Positions 24,199 through 38,671 are shown, counted from the stretch's first letter. The stretch: 64,000 nucleotides of DNA from Monocercomonoides exilis PA203 (GCA_001643675.2 LSRY02000013.1:62001-126000); one strand, 5' to 3'. Made by a program: numbers and translations. Notes: generated by a model not told the origin, from the sequence alone.

Positions 24199-27016
24199 TC
24201 ATTCAAAATACAAAAAATAAATATGGGTAAATTTTTGAAATAATAATTTTCATCGCAAAAGTTCTGAAATTCTAATATTACAAATCATGTAAATGTCCTT
24301 ACCTTTTCTTGTATCAACTGCTCCAAAACTAGATTTGGAAAAAAGTCTTCATTATTAGCTGGAGACAAATATCAAACACTTTCGTTTGTTAATAATTTAG
24401 TGGGGAAAAAATGGTGACAATAATTTAGGAATGGTAAAATAACTGAGAATTGAATAAAGAGATAACGAGAGAAAGAGAAGTCTCATATTTGTCTTGAATT
24501 GGTATTATCATTCGATTAAGGAAGAGTTTTAGCAAGCTCTTCAAGATAAAAAGCACACTGAAATGAATTCTCTCGAAATAAAATCTTAATAAAAACATAT
24601 TTCATATAGAAATAAGCATTCACTAAAATGATGCAATAACTTTCCTCATTGTTTAATTGTATTTGAAATATCCTGTTTGTTTTATTGAAATAAAGCATTC
24701 TCAATCAACAATTGTATCATCATCTGTCTAATCTGCTTATACGAGTAATTTCTTGTTTGAAAAATGAATTAATTATAATGTTTTTGATTTTTTCACACAA
24801 TTTTCTTGACTCGATGAATCTTCAAAAAATGTGATACAAAAAGAAATCTGTTTGAAAGAATTATTATTGATATCCATTCAAAATGCATTTGCAACATCTG
24901 TTATATTTCGCTGCATGCTTCGAATCCATCGAACATGAAAATATCGTTCTTTTTTCAAAAACTTTTAAACCTGCTTCCAATGACCAAAAAATTAAAGTTC
25001 TTCAGGCAAGGTTGAAAACAAAATCAGTGCTGTCTTGTTCATAGAAAAACATTCATTTAACTTTTCATCTTATATCACTTGTATTATTCTGCTTCTTTGC
25101 GAGAGGGAAAGAATTAGAAACAAAAATGCATTTTAAAAAAAAATATTAAAAAGCATTAATTGCATTTTGTTGAACAAAGAAGATGCAATATGCAAAAAAA
25201 CAGGAGAATAAATAAAAATGAAAGTGTGAGGAGAATGACAATAAATTCCACAAAAAGAAGAGAAAGACAGAGATGTTGATATTTTTAGTCAAAGGTCAGG
25301 TTTATTTAAACAATTGCAATTTCATCCATTTCTCTTCGAAACGAAACATTCCAATGCATTGCCTCAATCTTTTTCTAAGTTATCTTCTAATATATTTCAT
25401 TTCATGTTTTATTATTTGAAAGATTCTTTGAACGAATGAAGTTCTTTAAATTAAATATCTTGCAAAATAAATGGTGATACTACGAAATCATGAAAGTCTA
25501 CTGGTGAATAAATCGAAAATTGTTTAGAAAAATGTATTATAATTGATGTTCAACTTGAAGCTATCATTTCCTTCATTAAGATACAAGACATTTTCCTCTT
25601 TAGCATGATTCTAATTTTCAATTTCAACTGTTAATGTTTATCTTTTTTCGTAGACAAATAATTGCATCACACAAAAAATGAAAGATAATCTTTTAGAATT
25701 TTTTCTTTAACAACTGAAAAATTTAAAATATTTTATTATCTGTTTTTGAAAAGAAAAGAAAGGAAAATTCGCTTATCAATAATTGTTTATTCAATTCATT
25801 CTTTTTTTGTGAATTGGTTAAAAATTGAACTTTAACAAACATGATTAAATTTTAAAGAAAATATGTAAATTTTTCTAAAGATTTAACTAATTGAATAATA
25901 AATGAAATATATACGTTTTGAAAAGGAAATACGAATAAATGAATGAATAAAAAATATGAAATTTCAAATGATATCTTTATGAAATTAAAATATGTACGCA
26001 GTGTTCTATCAACATGCTCCATTAATTCACAAACACGACGTGCAGGGAATTTAAAGCATGAAGTTATTATCACTGTGCATAATATGTAATATTACTTCTT
26101 GGCAAATGGAACGACCAAATTTTCACAATGAAAAAACGGTAACTAAATTTTGCCTTTTCGATAAATTAATTTCTTTTCAGCATACAATAATTTTGAATTC
26201 ACATAAATACATGAATACATTCTTCAATAAAAATGTTTGAAAAGCAGTCTAAATTTTATAACATCGATAACACATTCAAAATAATCAAGGATCATGAGTA
26301 TTTCATTTATTAAAAAAGTATTCTTTTTTAGGAAGTGTAAAACGAAAAAAATAAGCCATAATTTAAAAAACACTGTTTGAAATTATGTTTGATTATATAA
26401 AAAAATAAATTTAAAAAGTTTACTATATGGTGATGAAATGTAGTTGTTTTTGTTAATGTTCTTGAATTCACAAATTTCAAAAAATAGTTTATTTTATAAC
26501 AAATATCTTTTCTGGAAATGTTTAATTTTTATTTTTTCTATGAAAGAGTTCTCTTTAAACATTTTTATTGTTGAATAGTTTCAATAAATATTTCAAGCAA
26601 ATGATTAATATTATAAATTTCATATTTTTCAAATACTTCAACGTTTGTCATCAAGCTTTCAGAAATCTTTGTCTGTATTGATTTCACCGATTTTTCTTTC
26701 GAAATCGAAATAAAATATTCATTGTTATCACCCAGTCGATTTCAATTGTTTTTTATTAAAATTTCTTTTTTCATATTGAGTTCTCCTTTATCTCGTCCCT
26801 TTAAAATGTTTTGCAATGAAATAAAACTCTTCATTTGTCAATCAGAATTGTCTTTAAATCTATTTATTTTATTGCATAGACAATTTCATTGTGTTTTGAA
26901 TTCAATATATTACAAAAATAAGTATTTAATGTATCAAAAACTGAGCGGAAAAACATTTTTTAGAAAATCCGAATTCAATATTATTAACAATTGGGAAAGA
27001 TCGTAAGTAAATTTTC

Positions 27017-30000
27017 ATGGCAAAAGTTATTGCTTGCTTTCGCATTCGCTACGATAATACAAGATGGGGAGATAACGTATATGTCTGCGGTTCATTGAAA
27101 GAGTTAGGAGAATGGAACCCTTCAAAAGCTATCCAAATGGTTTGCAATGATTCATATTGGCAAGCATTTGTTGCTTTGGACATGAACACAAAATTCGAAT
27201 ATAAAGTGTGTTTTCTATCATTAGTAATGGCTGTTTATTTATATTATTATATTTTCTTGTCGTATGCTTTTAAACTGTTGTCAAACCTAAACAATATATT
27301 GTTATTTATTCAAAAATATATCGCCTAATATTATTTTACTAGTACTTTTTCAAAAGTGGAGATTATATTCGATGGGAAGAAAGAAGTCATTTCCGTTCAT
27401 TTGACGTTACTCCAGGCGAAATAGTTGAGGTTCGTGATTTGTGGCATAACAAAGCTAACTTCACTGAGGATGTTGCATCATCATCACTGATTCAAGACGT
27501 TTGCATGCGTCGTGACAAGCCCGAGAAATTACCAAAAGTTGAAAGGCCTGAGGAAGAAAAAGTTTCAGTTGTTTTTGAAGTACCAGTTCCATTAATTTCT
27601 CCCCTTGAAAGCGTTCGCTTGATTGGAGCAACCAAAAAGAAACCTTTCTGGAGAATTGCAGATTCTCAAATATTGTGTGATAGTGAATCACCCATTTTTA
27701 GAGGAATCCGCACCTTTGATGTTGATGAACTTCCTGTGCAATATAAATTCGTTTTATCACATGATTTGGGATGGGAATGCGAAAATATCGAAATTGGTCC
27801 AAACAATGAATGCTATAAGCCAACTCCAATTGATATTACTTCTCCAGATGTCGTTGTTTGGACGCTTCAAGAGGATGAGCCAAAAGCAATCCATATTGCT
27901 CAAGCTATTAACACTCATTTGTGCAGAAACCCAACAGCAGGGCATGCTCAAATAATCTTCGTTGAATCGCCATCGTTCAGATACCCCAGTGAGCCTCACT
28001 TCCGTGCAGCTGGAGTTGTTTTGCCTGTATTTTCTCTGAGATCAAAGCAATCTCTTGGAATTGGTGAATTTACTGACCTAACACTTCTGGCAAAGTGGTG
28101 TCAGATGGCTGGACTTCGAGTTATCCAGCTTCTTCCAATCACAGACACAACCGTCAACGGCATAAGCTGGATGGATTCCTATCCGTATTCATCCACTTCT
28201 TCATTTGCGTTGCACCCAATCTACATCAATATCGATTCCCTGAAGCCACTTCCCGCAGATATCGCAGCTGATCTCCCAACACAGCGCGAAAAACTCAACA
28301 AGCCCAAAGTTGACTACGAAGCGACTTTGAAAACGAAGATGAATTATTTGCAGCGCATCTTCGACTTCCACCTTACTCATGAAGGCGGGTTTGAGAAAGA
28401 TCCTGAGTTCATCCAGTTCCAAAAGGATTCTGCATACTGGCTGCCTTCGTATGCTGTGTTCAAGACACTTTCCAGCCAGAACAAGACGACAGACTGGAAG
28501 GACTGGCCAGAAGAGCTCAGAGACGAGGCAAATGTCAAGGACATTGTGGAGGAGATGACAAAGCCAACACATCGCCTGTATCGCGAGGTGCTGTTCCACA
28601 TGTGGGTGCAGTATCATTTGGATCGCCAGCTGCGAGAGGCCAGCAGAAGATGTGTCAGTGAGTACCATGTTGGGTTGAAGGGAGACATTCCCATCGGTGT
28701 GGATCCGCGCTCGGCGGATGCGTGGTACTTCCGCAAGTACTTCAGACTCGACACACAGGCTGGTGCGCCTCCAGATGCGTTTTCCACACACGGACAGAAC
28801 TGGGGCTTCCCGACATACAACTGGGAGAACATCCTGGCTGATAACTTTGAGTGGTGGGGCAACAGACTGAAGGTTATGTCACGCACCATGCATGCATTCC
28901 GTATTGACCACATTTTGGGCTTCTATCGCATCTGGCAGATTCCAAGCGATTGCAAGTCTGGTCTTCACGCTCGCTTCTATCCCGGACGGCTGGTCTCCGG
29001 ATATGAACTGGAGAGACGCGGGTTGAGAAACACATTTGGCAGACTCACCAAGCCAATCATCACAAGAGAGCTTGTTTACCGCCAGTTCGGTGCAGAGGCC
29101 GAGGATATCATCAGCACATACCTCGACCCAGCACCACAAGGATCAGACTCAGACTTTGTGTTCAAGCCACAATTCCCCAATGAGCTTGCAATTCATGACT
29201 ATGTGTCAGAAAAGAGAGGAATCACAAACTCCTCTACATCAGACGAACTGAAGGAGCTGGATGCATACATGAAGAAGTTCTATGCCCTGACCAACAGCGT
29301 GTGCTTGTATGAGTTCGATGGAGGCTATGCACCTCGCTTTGATGTGGCAAGCACTGAGTCGTGGAAGAGGCTTGGCGGGGACTGGCAGGCAGCTCTGGTG
29401 CAGCTGGCGAAGGAGTACTTCTACGAGTGGCATCAGGACATTTACGGCGCATCTGCACGCACAAAGTTCCCGAAGATGAAGGAAGCGTCGAAGATGCTCA
29501 TCTGCGGAGAAGATCTTGGCTTGCTCACCCCGATCATTCCGCAAGTGATGCACGAGTTCAACATTCTGGGACTCCGTGTGCAGCGTATGACTGGCGACCC
29601 AAGTGAAGACTATTATCATCCAAAGAACTACAGCGAGGGCATTGTTGCCACCACATCCACACACGACATGCCTCCACTGCGTGCGTGGTGGCAGATCACC
29701 AACCTGAACCGCCCTGATCTCGAAGCATTCTACCGCTCTGGCGATGCACAGAAGGAGTGCCGTGTGAGAGACTGTTTCTGGTACAACACCCTCGGCAACC
29801 ACTCGCCCCGCCCGACTTCTCTCCCCAACGACCAGCTGGAGCGTATTGTCGATATGCACATGTATTCGCCAGCTATGCTCACTATCCTTCCTTATCAGGA
29901 TCTGGTGGCAATTTTGCCTGATGACGAAGTGTATCACCAGAATCCATGGGATGAGGTGATCAACAACCCAGACAATAGAAAACATTACTGGCAGTACAGA

Positions 30001-30096
30001 ATGCCTTGCTTCATCGAAAGATTGATGGAAAAGACCGATCTGACTGATCGTATCAGAGGTAAAGTTGAAGACTCTGGAAGACTTCGCGTCCATTAA
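27017..30096 (+). CDS. DPE2: 4-alpha-glucanotransferase (DPE2 type: N-terminal CBM20 domains plus GH77 domain)
   Basis: CBM20 (VCGSLKELGEWNPSKA), intron 27206-27342, GVVLPVFSLRS...GIGEF, LKGDIPIGV, GAPPDAFSTHGQNWGFPTYNW, RIDHILGFYRIW, ICGEDLG, TSTHD. Confidence 0.95.
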
Positions 30097-30576
30097 GTCA
30101 GAGGATGAAGGCATTTTCCATGCTCAAAGCAGCATGAGATTTTGAAAATAATCATTAACAAAAATGAATAATGCTTGTTGATTCGTCTTGAATATAATTT
30201 TTTTTTTTGATTGCGTTATTTTTACGAATTGACTTGTTTTTGGATATTTGATAAAGATTTTGATGGATTATTGTTTTTTCAGTCGTAAATATTACCTTTT
30301 TTAAAGGAGAGAACTTATCCATGTTTTTGTTTGAAAAATTAATGTTTGAATCAAGTCATTAAAGGAGTATTTATCTTTTTGAATAAAGATTGAGGAATTT
30401 TTAAAACTTAGTTTTGCGTATGAAAAAATATTTTTCTCAAAGAAATCGAAAATCTGTTTGATAACTGTTAGTTTAAATTTTTTGAAAAATTATTGTTCAA
30501 AGAATTGTTGCATATTCAAAGACTGCTTAAGGTGATTAATAAAGACATTGATTAATTTTCAAAAGTTATTAATATA

Positions 30577-30784
30577 TGGCAGATCCTTTTTGAAATCATT
30601 CTTTCGTTTGAGATTTGATCAAAATATTGTTCTCAATGGGATTTTGATAAAAATGAGTTGAAATAGGGAACACTTATTGTTTATGATATTGCTATTGCAG
30701 AAACAATTACTTTTTTAAATCCCATTGAGTTTAAATTTTTGATCAAAACTCCAACGAAAGAATGATTTCAAAAAGGATCAGCCA
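30577..30784. mobile_element. MITE-like element with ~68-bp terminal inverted repeats
   Basis: Left arm TGGCAGATCCTTTTTGAAATCATTCTTTCGTTTGAGATTTGATCAAAATATTGTTCTCAATGGGATTT; reverse complement of right arm TGGCTGATCCTTTTTGAAATCATTCTTTCGTTGGAGTTTTGATCAAAAATTTAAACTCAATGGGATTT. Non-coding ~70-bp spacer; no clear target-site duplication. Confidence 0.65.
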
Positions 30785-32226
30785 ACACACACAACTTATT
30801 TTTTTTATAATATGGGTTATTATTTATGAAATCATATTTTTTCTGTATAAGTTTTCTGTTCGAACATATCCAATGAATTTTTTCATAAAATGACAGTTAA
30901 GTGAAATGGCTTATTCAAGGTTTGTTCATCTTCATCAAAGCTTGAACATTTGTTTTTTTATTCAATTGTGATGAATTAAGCATTTGGATTCAAAATCACT
31001 TCCTTGCAACAAAAAACTTTGAAAAAAACAATTTCCCGAAAAAGGTTATGATTTTTATAAAATTTCACACTCGTTTATTTAAAATTCTAAAATAAATACT
31101 GCTTCTTTTTATTGATAATACCATATTAATATTGTGAGTTTCTGCTTTATTGAGACCATTTTTTTTTCTTCATGAATTTTATTTCTGACATTTTTTTCTT
31201 GTATTTTTCACATTTTTATGTTTTTCAAAAAAAAAATTCCATGAAAACGTAAGACTCTTGATGATGAGATTATTCGAAAATTTTGAAACGAACAGTTGCG
31301 ATCTTCATTTATATTAAAAATTTGCTCCATATAAATTTATTTTTTCTCATTGATTTTATTATTATTTATAATAGTTATTTTTGTTGTTGGACTTATGAGA
31401 ATGAAAATATTTCGGAAAAAGTGGATCGTCCCACCTGTTTTGATTTTTCTCATTTAAAGACAAGAAATTGCACGAAAACAGAGCTTTATGTACTCATCAG
31501 CAAAGGTCAGTCATTTCAGTCTTGTCAAAAGTTAATTTATCTTCAAACATAATCTATTTTTTTGTTAAATAATAATGATCAAAACAAACAATATAAAAAA
31601 TTATTTATTCTGTTAATTATTTTTTTCCTTATAAACAAATTTTTTCTCGAAAACTTCATGAATAAGGGTATACACTTAAAGAAACTTCTTTTTTTTGACA
31701 TCATTTTTCAAGAAATAAGTGTTTGAATTTGAAGTGAATTATTTCTTTTCTTTTAAAATGAAAATTGAAAAGAATAAATAGGTTTTTTCAAAGTCAAAAC
31801 TGATGATAAAAAATGGACTTTATCTTCATTTAACGATGATTTATCTGACAGGAGTATGAAAAAAAATCAATTATCATCGGAATATTTTTGCAGGTCGTAT
31901 CATTCACTTTTTCTAATATTCATTTATTGTCCATCGAATAAATAATTTCGATTGACTTATTTATTATGATGAGATTGTTAATTGATCTGTTTTAAGCAAG
32001 AAATTATTATTATCCTTTTCACCATTGAGATTATTCACAATGCAAAACATATTATTTCCACTCACATGAACTTAACAATACTATTTTCAAACTTATTTTT
32101 CGATATAAAAATATTCATGTGAAAGTCATAATTATTTTTTCTTTGCCCACAATTAATACTAATGACTAATTAAGTAGTCAGTAAAACACCAAAAATCACA
32201 AGAACAGGTTTTCGTATTAAATAAAC

Positions 32227-33360
32227 ATGTCTGAAGACTCACAAACATCATCATTGGTTGTTGATAATGGATCTGGTATGTGCAAAGCCGGATTTGCAGG
32301 AGACGATGCACCCCGCGCTGTGTTCCCAAGCATCGTTGGTCGTCCAAAGACATCAACAATTATTCTTGGATCAGGAGACAAAGAGTGCTACATTGGAGAT
32401 GAAGCACAATTGAGAAGAGGTATTCTTGCACTGCACTATCCCATTGAACACGGTATCGTTAACAACTGGGAAGAAATGGAAAAGATCTGGCATCACACTT
32501 TCTACAACGAGTTGCGTGTTGGACCAGAAGACCACCCAGTGTTGTTGACCGAAGCTCCATTGAATCCAAAGGCCAACAGAGAGAAGATGACCACAATCAT
32601 GTTCGAAACATTCAATGTTCCAGCCATGTATGTTCAGATCCAGGCTGTGCTTTCATTGTATGCAACAGGACGTACAACTGGTATTGTGCTCGATTCTGGT
32701 GATGGTGTGTCACACACTGTTCCAATCTATGAAGGATACAACTTACCACATGCTATCATCCGTCTTGATATGGCTGGTCGTGATCTGACTGAAATGCTGA
32801 TGAAGATCCTCACTGAACGTGGATATTCATTCCGCACAACAGCCGAACGTGAAATTGTTCGTGATATCAAGGAGAAATTGTGCTATGTTGCTCTTGACTT
32901 TGCAGCTGAAATGGAAACTGCTGCTTCCTCATCAGCCATTGACAAGACATATGAAATGCCCGATGGACAAATTATCACCATTGGAAACGAAAGATTCAGA
33001 TGCCCAGAAACATTGTTCCAACCCAACATGATTGGTCTCGAGGAAACAGGTGTTCATGAGAAGACCTTCCAATCAATCATGAAATGCGATGTTGATATCA
33101 GAAAGGACTTGTACCTCAATGTTGTTCTTTCTGGAGGTACCACAATGTTCAACGGAATTGCTGAACGTCTGAACAAAGAGTTGGTCACCCTTGCTCCTTC
33201 AGCCATGAAGATCAAGATCACAGCTCCACCAGAGAGAAAATACTCTGTGTGGATTGGTGGTTCTATTCTTGCTTCATTGAACACCTTCCAGCAAATGTGG
33301 ATCTCAAAGGAGGAATACGACGAATCTGGCCCATCTATTGTCCACAGAAAATGCTTCTAA
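32227..33360 (+). CDS. ACT: Actin (intronless)
   Basis: Full-length 377 aa with [23 protein letters not shown] ... [20 protein letters not shown]. Confidence 0.99.
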   Translation: MSEDSQTSSLVVDNGSGMCKAGFAGDDAPRAVFPSIVGRPKTSTIILGSGDKECYIGDEAQLRRGILALHYPIEHGIVNNWEEMEKIWHHTFYNELRVGPEDHPVLLTEAPLNPKANREKMTTIMFETFNVPAMYVQIQAVLSLYATGRTTGIVLDSGDGVSHTVPIYEGYNLPHAIIRLDMAGRDLTEMLMKILTERGYSFRTTAEREIVRDIKEKLCYVALDFAAEMETAASSSAIDKTYEMPDGQIITIGNERFRCPETLFQPNMIGLEETGVHEKTFQSIMKCDVDIRKDLYLNVVLSGGTTMFNGIAERLNKELVTLAPSAMKIKITAPPERKYSVWIGGSILASLNTFQQMWISKEEYDESGPSIVHRKCF

Positions 33361-33573
33361 ATATTTTGTTACTTTGTATTTCACTTCTTGTTATTGTATT
33401 TGTGTGATGCTATTTTATAAGTTTTACGTGTTTTTTTGTAATAAGTTAAGAGAACTTTTGTTATTAAAATAGATACCAACAACAAAGTTACAAATATTTT
33501 TTATTTTGATTATAAAAATAAAAAGATACGAAAATCAATAAAAAATTTTGGTTTATTTTTAAATTTATTTCAT

Positions 33574-36500
33574 TCAAGTCTGATTCCAAATGTTTGCTAA
33601 AGATTGTTGAGGAAATTGAACTTGAACATCTGTCTCATCCATTTCAGAATTTGAAAGGGATTGTTGATAGTTTGAAGAATTTGTTTCATTATCGAGATTT
33701 GATTTTTGATGCATGCCTATTTCTGAAACAATGCTTTCGTCGGTCAATTCCAGATAAGGAGTAATATAATTCTGCATTATTGATCGTGCAGCAGCATTCC
33801 ACGAAGCAATAGAAGAACCCGAAAGAGAAAAGATTGCAAAAACTCTATCGCTCGAAGAGCAGATTCCAGCAAGAGGGCGACTTCGATAATACTGAATTCG
33901 TGTCCACTCCTCCTTGACATCTTCCTCCTCCTTCTTCACAAACACAGCCTTTTCTTCTTCAGAGTCGTTGCTGCTCTCCACCAGCGCAAGTGCCTCGTCC
34001 ACCCTGTCCTTCACTGCCTCGTCTGCTGCGATGGCGAGGAATCTGCCTTCCTCCAGCAGCAGGCGGAGGATGATGTGCAGCACCTTCGTCACCAGATTCA
34101 CCTTCTCCTGCAGCAACAAAGAAGGCGACCTCCCGTTCTCCTCAGCGTCTGCTATCTTCTTCTCGACGTTTTCGAAGTCGCCTTGCATCGTAACCAAATA
34201 GTCTGCAAGCGCTGCCCCGACATCCATGCGGTTCATCAGCTGACACGCCCACGCCCCGTCAAGAGCGAGGTTCTCCAGCGTCCACAGCACCTCAATCTTC
34301 ACTTTGTTGCTGTACAACTCCATTCCCAAGGGGCGGGTGGGAGTCGGCTCATCGTCATCGTCATCGTCATCTTCTTCTTCCTCATCCTCATCCTCATCCT
34401 CATCTTCTTCATCTTCTTCATTTCCCTCTTCTTCTTCTTCTTCTTTATCTTTGTCTGCATCTGCTTCCATATCTCCATTGTTGCATTCATCATCCATCTG
34501 AATGCCTTCTTTGCCATCGCTGCCAAATCCTTTTGAATTCTTCTTATTTTCATCATCCATGTTTAAGCTATCATAAATCCTGTCATCGTTCATTTCAGAA
34601 TTGCTCTCTGCACCATCCATAGGCGCATGCTCATCTGCCTTCTTCTTCTTCTTCCTCCTCCTCCTCTTCTTCTTTTCTGAATTTGAAAATGGATCATCTG
34701 GTTCTGTAAGCGACAGTATGCCGTTTTTGTCATCGAGAAGCAGCCTGATAAGCAATGGCAGAGCATTTTCGTTTGCGATTTGATGGCAAAGGGCAGACGA
34801 CTCTGCGCTTATGTTAGAAAGAGACCACAGTGCCTCTAAAAGAACATTTTCTGATGATGAATACAGCTTTTCGACAAGGATGTACACCATCTGAGATTCA
34901 AGAATGATCTACAGAAGAATTAGCGAGGAAGAAGAATGAAAAGAAAAAGGAAGAGAACAAATAGAAAGAAAAAAAAAATTCGAAAAATCGAAAAGTTTAA
35001 AAATAGAATAAGTTCAAAATAATCAGATGAGCATACTGTTTCGATAACAGAACCAGACAAGAGTGAAAGAGAACCGATGAAGTGTACAACGAGCGAATGC
35101 CAGCGCAGTTGATTTGTTCCATAAATGCTGTTGCAGATCTGCTGCACAGGTGTCACAACATACAAACTGCCAGACGCATTCGATGCATCTTGGCTAATTG
35201 CACTTGTGGTAACTGGAGTGGCCGCCAGAATCTGAAAAAAAAATGTGCGATTGCATTTCGATGATACAAAAATTTCAGTTTTAGAAAAGACAGAAAAGTC
35301 CAACAATTTATAAATAAAAGAAGATATTTTCCTGTGAAGTCTAAGGAACAACAGCAGCAGAGCATACACAATATGCGTCGAGCCAGGCATCTGACAAAGA
35401 CACAATCAGCGTCAGTGCATCGAGTGCAGGCGTCATGTCGTACGGCATTTCTGTGGTGTTGAGGAACAACGAAGAAATCGGTAGGATGTCCAGCAAAATC
35501 ATCCGAATGGAGTCCAGCAACTCCACATGCGCCTCCAACTCCGTCTTCGGCTCGGACACATCCTGGACCGCCGACGAGGTTGCAGTCAGCTCACTTTTGC
35601 TGTCTACCTTCTGCCGAGCTTTTGCCAAAGAACTCAGCCTGTTTCGCTCGACCTTCCACAAGTCAGTGCTTTTTCCTTCTTTGCTGGGGCACATAAACGG
35701 TTCGCTGACGCTGCTCAGGAAAAAGAGACAGGCATAGTAGCATAAAGGCGAAAAAGGCGCATGCTGATTTGGACAGATTACAGAATATGACTCCGGGGTT
35801 TTTGAAATTCTATCAATTGTATAACTTGCAGAAAAATGGCATGATGCAGAAATACGAAGAAGCGTTTGCTTCCCTGTTGTTGAAATGGACTTGACTGAGC
35901 AAATTGTTTGGGCTGTTTTCATAATGCTTCTTGCAATGGCTGCAACGTTAGTTTCAATGATATAAAAGTAAATATCTTTGCCTTCTTGAAGCATGTTTGC
36001 CAAAGTCCATAGTGATTGAGTTAATAAATTGTCATCCGTTGTAGCTCTTAATAAAAATTTAATGTGTTGAATTATTCCAGAAAATACAATTATCCGACAG
36101 TAATCCTTGCTGGCAGACCCAACTAAAACACATTTTAAAAAAATTTACAATGTAAAATTCAAACCAATGTTTGTCATTATTTTCAACACAGAATACACAT
36201 GATCGATATTTGGGTCGCTTTGTATAATCTTTGAAAATTTGTCAATCAGACCATAGGAAATAATTGTAGATATTGGTATCTCTCGATTGCCTATAATATT
36301 GAGAGATTATTAAAAAAAATGCACAATATAGCAGGAATATACCGTTTGTAATGTGCATTAAACTTTTCAGAGCAGTTGTCCAATCATCGGAGTTTGAACT
36401 TTCAAGAAGTTCAGATACAACTTTGATTTCATTTTCCTAAAAAAAATAGCAACAAATAAAACTAAAAAATTAAAGACGAAGCGATTAAAGAAACAAACAA

Positions 36501-36708
36501 TCTCTGATTTAAGTTTTTTCGATTTATTACCGTCAATTCTCATTCTTCTACTTTGAACAATAACTTCTTTCTTTTTCGATGTTCTGAGAGCTAATGCAGT
36601 GTATTTACTCGAAGCACGCAAATTTTCTTTTTCTTTTTCATTGGCAAATTCCTTAAATCGTAAGGATTCTCGATCAACCCGACTCCAAGTGGAGAAAAGA
36701 GTTGACAT
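33574..36708 (-). CDS. Importin-alpha-like / TMCO6-like ARM-repeat protein, multi-exon, with acidic insert
   Basis: IBB-like basic N-terminus (RFKEF...ALALRTSKKKEVIVQSRRMRI); ARM motifs LLEALWSLSNISAES, EVLWTLENLALD and QSLWTLANML. The start is at either 36708 or 36735. Confidence 0.6.
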
Positions 36709-36770
36709 AAAAATGATTTGATCAAAACTGACCATACATTATTTTTTCAAATATTGAATTTGAATTTTCT

Positions 36771-38583
36771 ATGACATTATGTCCCAATTGCAAAACAGAA
36801 TGCACACTGGTGCAAGATCAATATCGCGTTTGCGAAAATTGCGGATATATGGTTTCTGATGGGCTGTTGTTGTCGGACAATCAAATCGATTCAAATGTTT
36901 CTTATTATCCGAAAATTGGCTCAACTTATGTCAGATCTCAAGATTTTTCAACATTTAGCCAAGCAACAATTTCTTCAATGCGATATCCAACTTCCATGAG
37001 AATTCAGTTTAGTTCGGTTCAAAAGAGATTTTTTACAGCTAGAAATATTTTGTCGAGATTTGCTGATCAACTTGGAATTCCACGCTTCATTGAACAAAAA
37101 ACTCTTCAAAGATTAAAGATGTTTATTGATCCTCAATATAAAAACGATGATTTTTGCTCTACATCCGGCAATTCTTCGGACCGAAAATTACAAACGGAAA
37201 AACATTGCTTTTTCGTAACAGAGCTTAATGTTGCTGCTGTTTTGTTTATTGTTGCGCAAAATGATGCTTCACAGGCATATCAAATGAAATTCGTTTCGGT
37301 ATGCTTTTTTTTTTCTTTGTTAGCATAAAATGTTATTTATTCATTAAATAAAGGAAACTTTAGGGATTCCTTTTCCTTTATTTTACCGAACAGTTCGTCG
37401 AATTTGCAGAAATTATCACCTGTCAGTAACCTCTCCTCCAATACTGAAGTTTTCTTCGCAAATTGTGAAACAATTGAATTTGCGAGGTCAATGGCAAATA
37501 ATGGAGAAGCAAGAACTTCTATTCTCGCTAATTGAAGATCATGTTAGTGGAAAGGATCCGATAGTTTGTGCAGTAAGCTTATTTGTGCTAGTTGCAGATT
37601 TGATGAAGCTGGATTTCATTCCAGAGTCTTGGATTGTTGTTCATAGGCGGGAACTGAGGAATAAAAGAAATTCGAAGACACCAAAATTGAAAGTTTCAAA
37701 AGCAAAAAGAAAGAAAGAATTAATTGAAGATGACGATTCATTTTCTCTGTCTGGTGGAGACAGTTATCCAATTGCAGAAAAGTTGTACGATGAGGAGTGG
37801 ATCAATTCTATCAAATCACAGAAAGTAGAAATCAAAGAACAAAACAAAAAGATATCTTCGCTAAGTCAAAATTCTAATTCGTCAATAGAAGCAATTGATG
37901 GTGACAACATATCTGGGTTATTGCCTTTGACTCATGAAGGATTTCAGGAGCATTCACAACCGTCTGCCGGTTCACCTTCTCTTCTTCAACCAGAATCGCA
38001 CTGGCTTACCAATTCGACACCTGTCACATCTCCGCCTGTTAGCTACAGGGCTTTGAGTCCAACACAAATGAAAATAACAACATATGACGTTATCTGTTAT
38101 TTGCATGAAAAACTTTCAACTCTAACGTTTGGGATTTCTTCCGCTTTCAAGCGCATTTCAGAGTTCAATGATATTATTATGAATGAAACCGAAGTTCTGC
38201 TTCCTTCTCTTTATAATGAGGCAAAAACAATTGAAGAAAAAAGACTCTTATTCAAGAAAGAAAAAAAATGGTTTATTGAACAATTTGGACAATTAATTAC
38301 CCCAACAGAAAATGACGATAACTTGATAGAAAGTGAAATGAGAGAAGAAGGCGAAACATTAATGTTTTATGAAAAAGAAAAAGAAAAGCTTGATCTGGAG
38401 AGAGAAAAATGCAAGGCGGTTGATTATAAAATACCATCTGAAGTGCAACCAGCAAAGGACGAAGATTTAAGCGAGGATGAAAATGAAAGTGATGAGATTT
38501 TTTCATATTCAATGTTATTATCAAATACAGAAAAAGAGATAAGGAAAACTATAAACGACATAAAGTTAGAGACCATGCTATAA
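36771..38583 (+). CDS. TFIIB-family factor, probably a Brf-type TFIIIB subunit; intron 37299-37353
   Basis: N-terminal Zn ribbon CPNC...CENCG; cyclin-fold repeats (LNVAAVLFIVA; SGKDPIVCAVSLF); C-terminal acidic motif DEDLSEDENESDEIFSYSMLLSNTEKEIRK resembling the Brf TBP-binding segment. Confidence 0.7.
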
Positions 38584-38664
38584 ATGTTAAAAAGAATAAA
38601 TTTGCACAGGAAATTGAGGACTTGAGTCATTTCAACATTTGTATAATGTAACCATGAATTGGAT

Positions 38665-38671
38665 AAAAAAA
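38665..38671 (-). terminator. RNA polymerase III oligo-dT terminator of the SRP RNA gene
   Basis: TTTTTTT on the minus strand immediately after the SRP RNA 3' stem. Confidence 0.75.

Noticed and set aside
24290-24620. Frame with many TAA/TAG, hinting at a TAR=Gln code as in some oxymonads
   Set aside because: Actin, POLD1, DPE2 and HisRS end in TAA/TAG and have no internal ones. The stretch is AT-rich intergenic sequence with no recognisable product.
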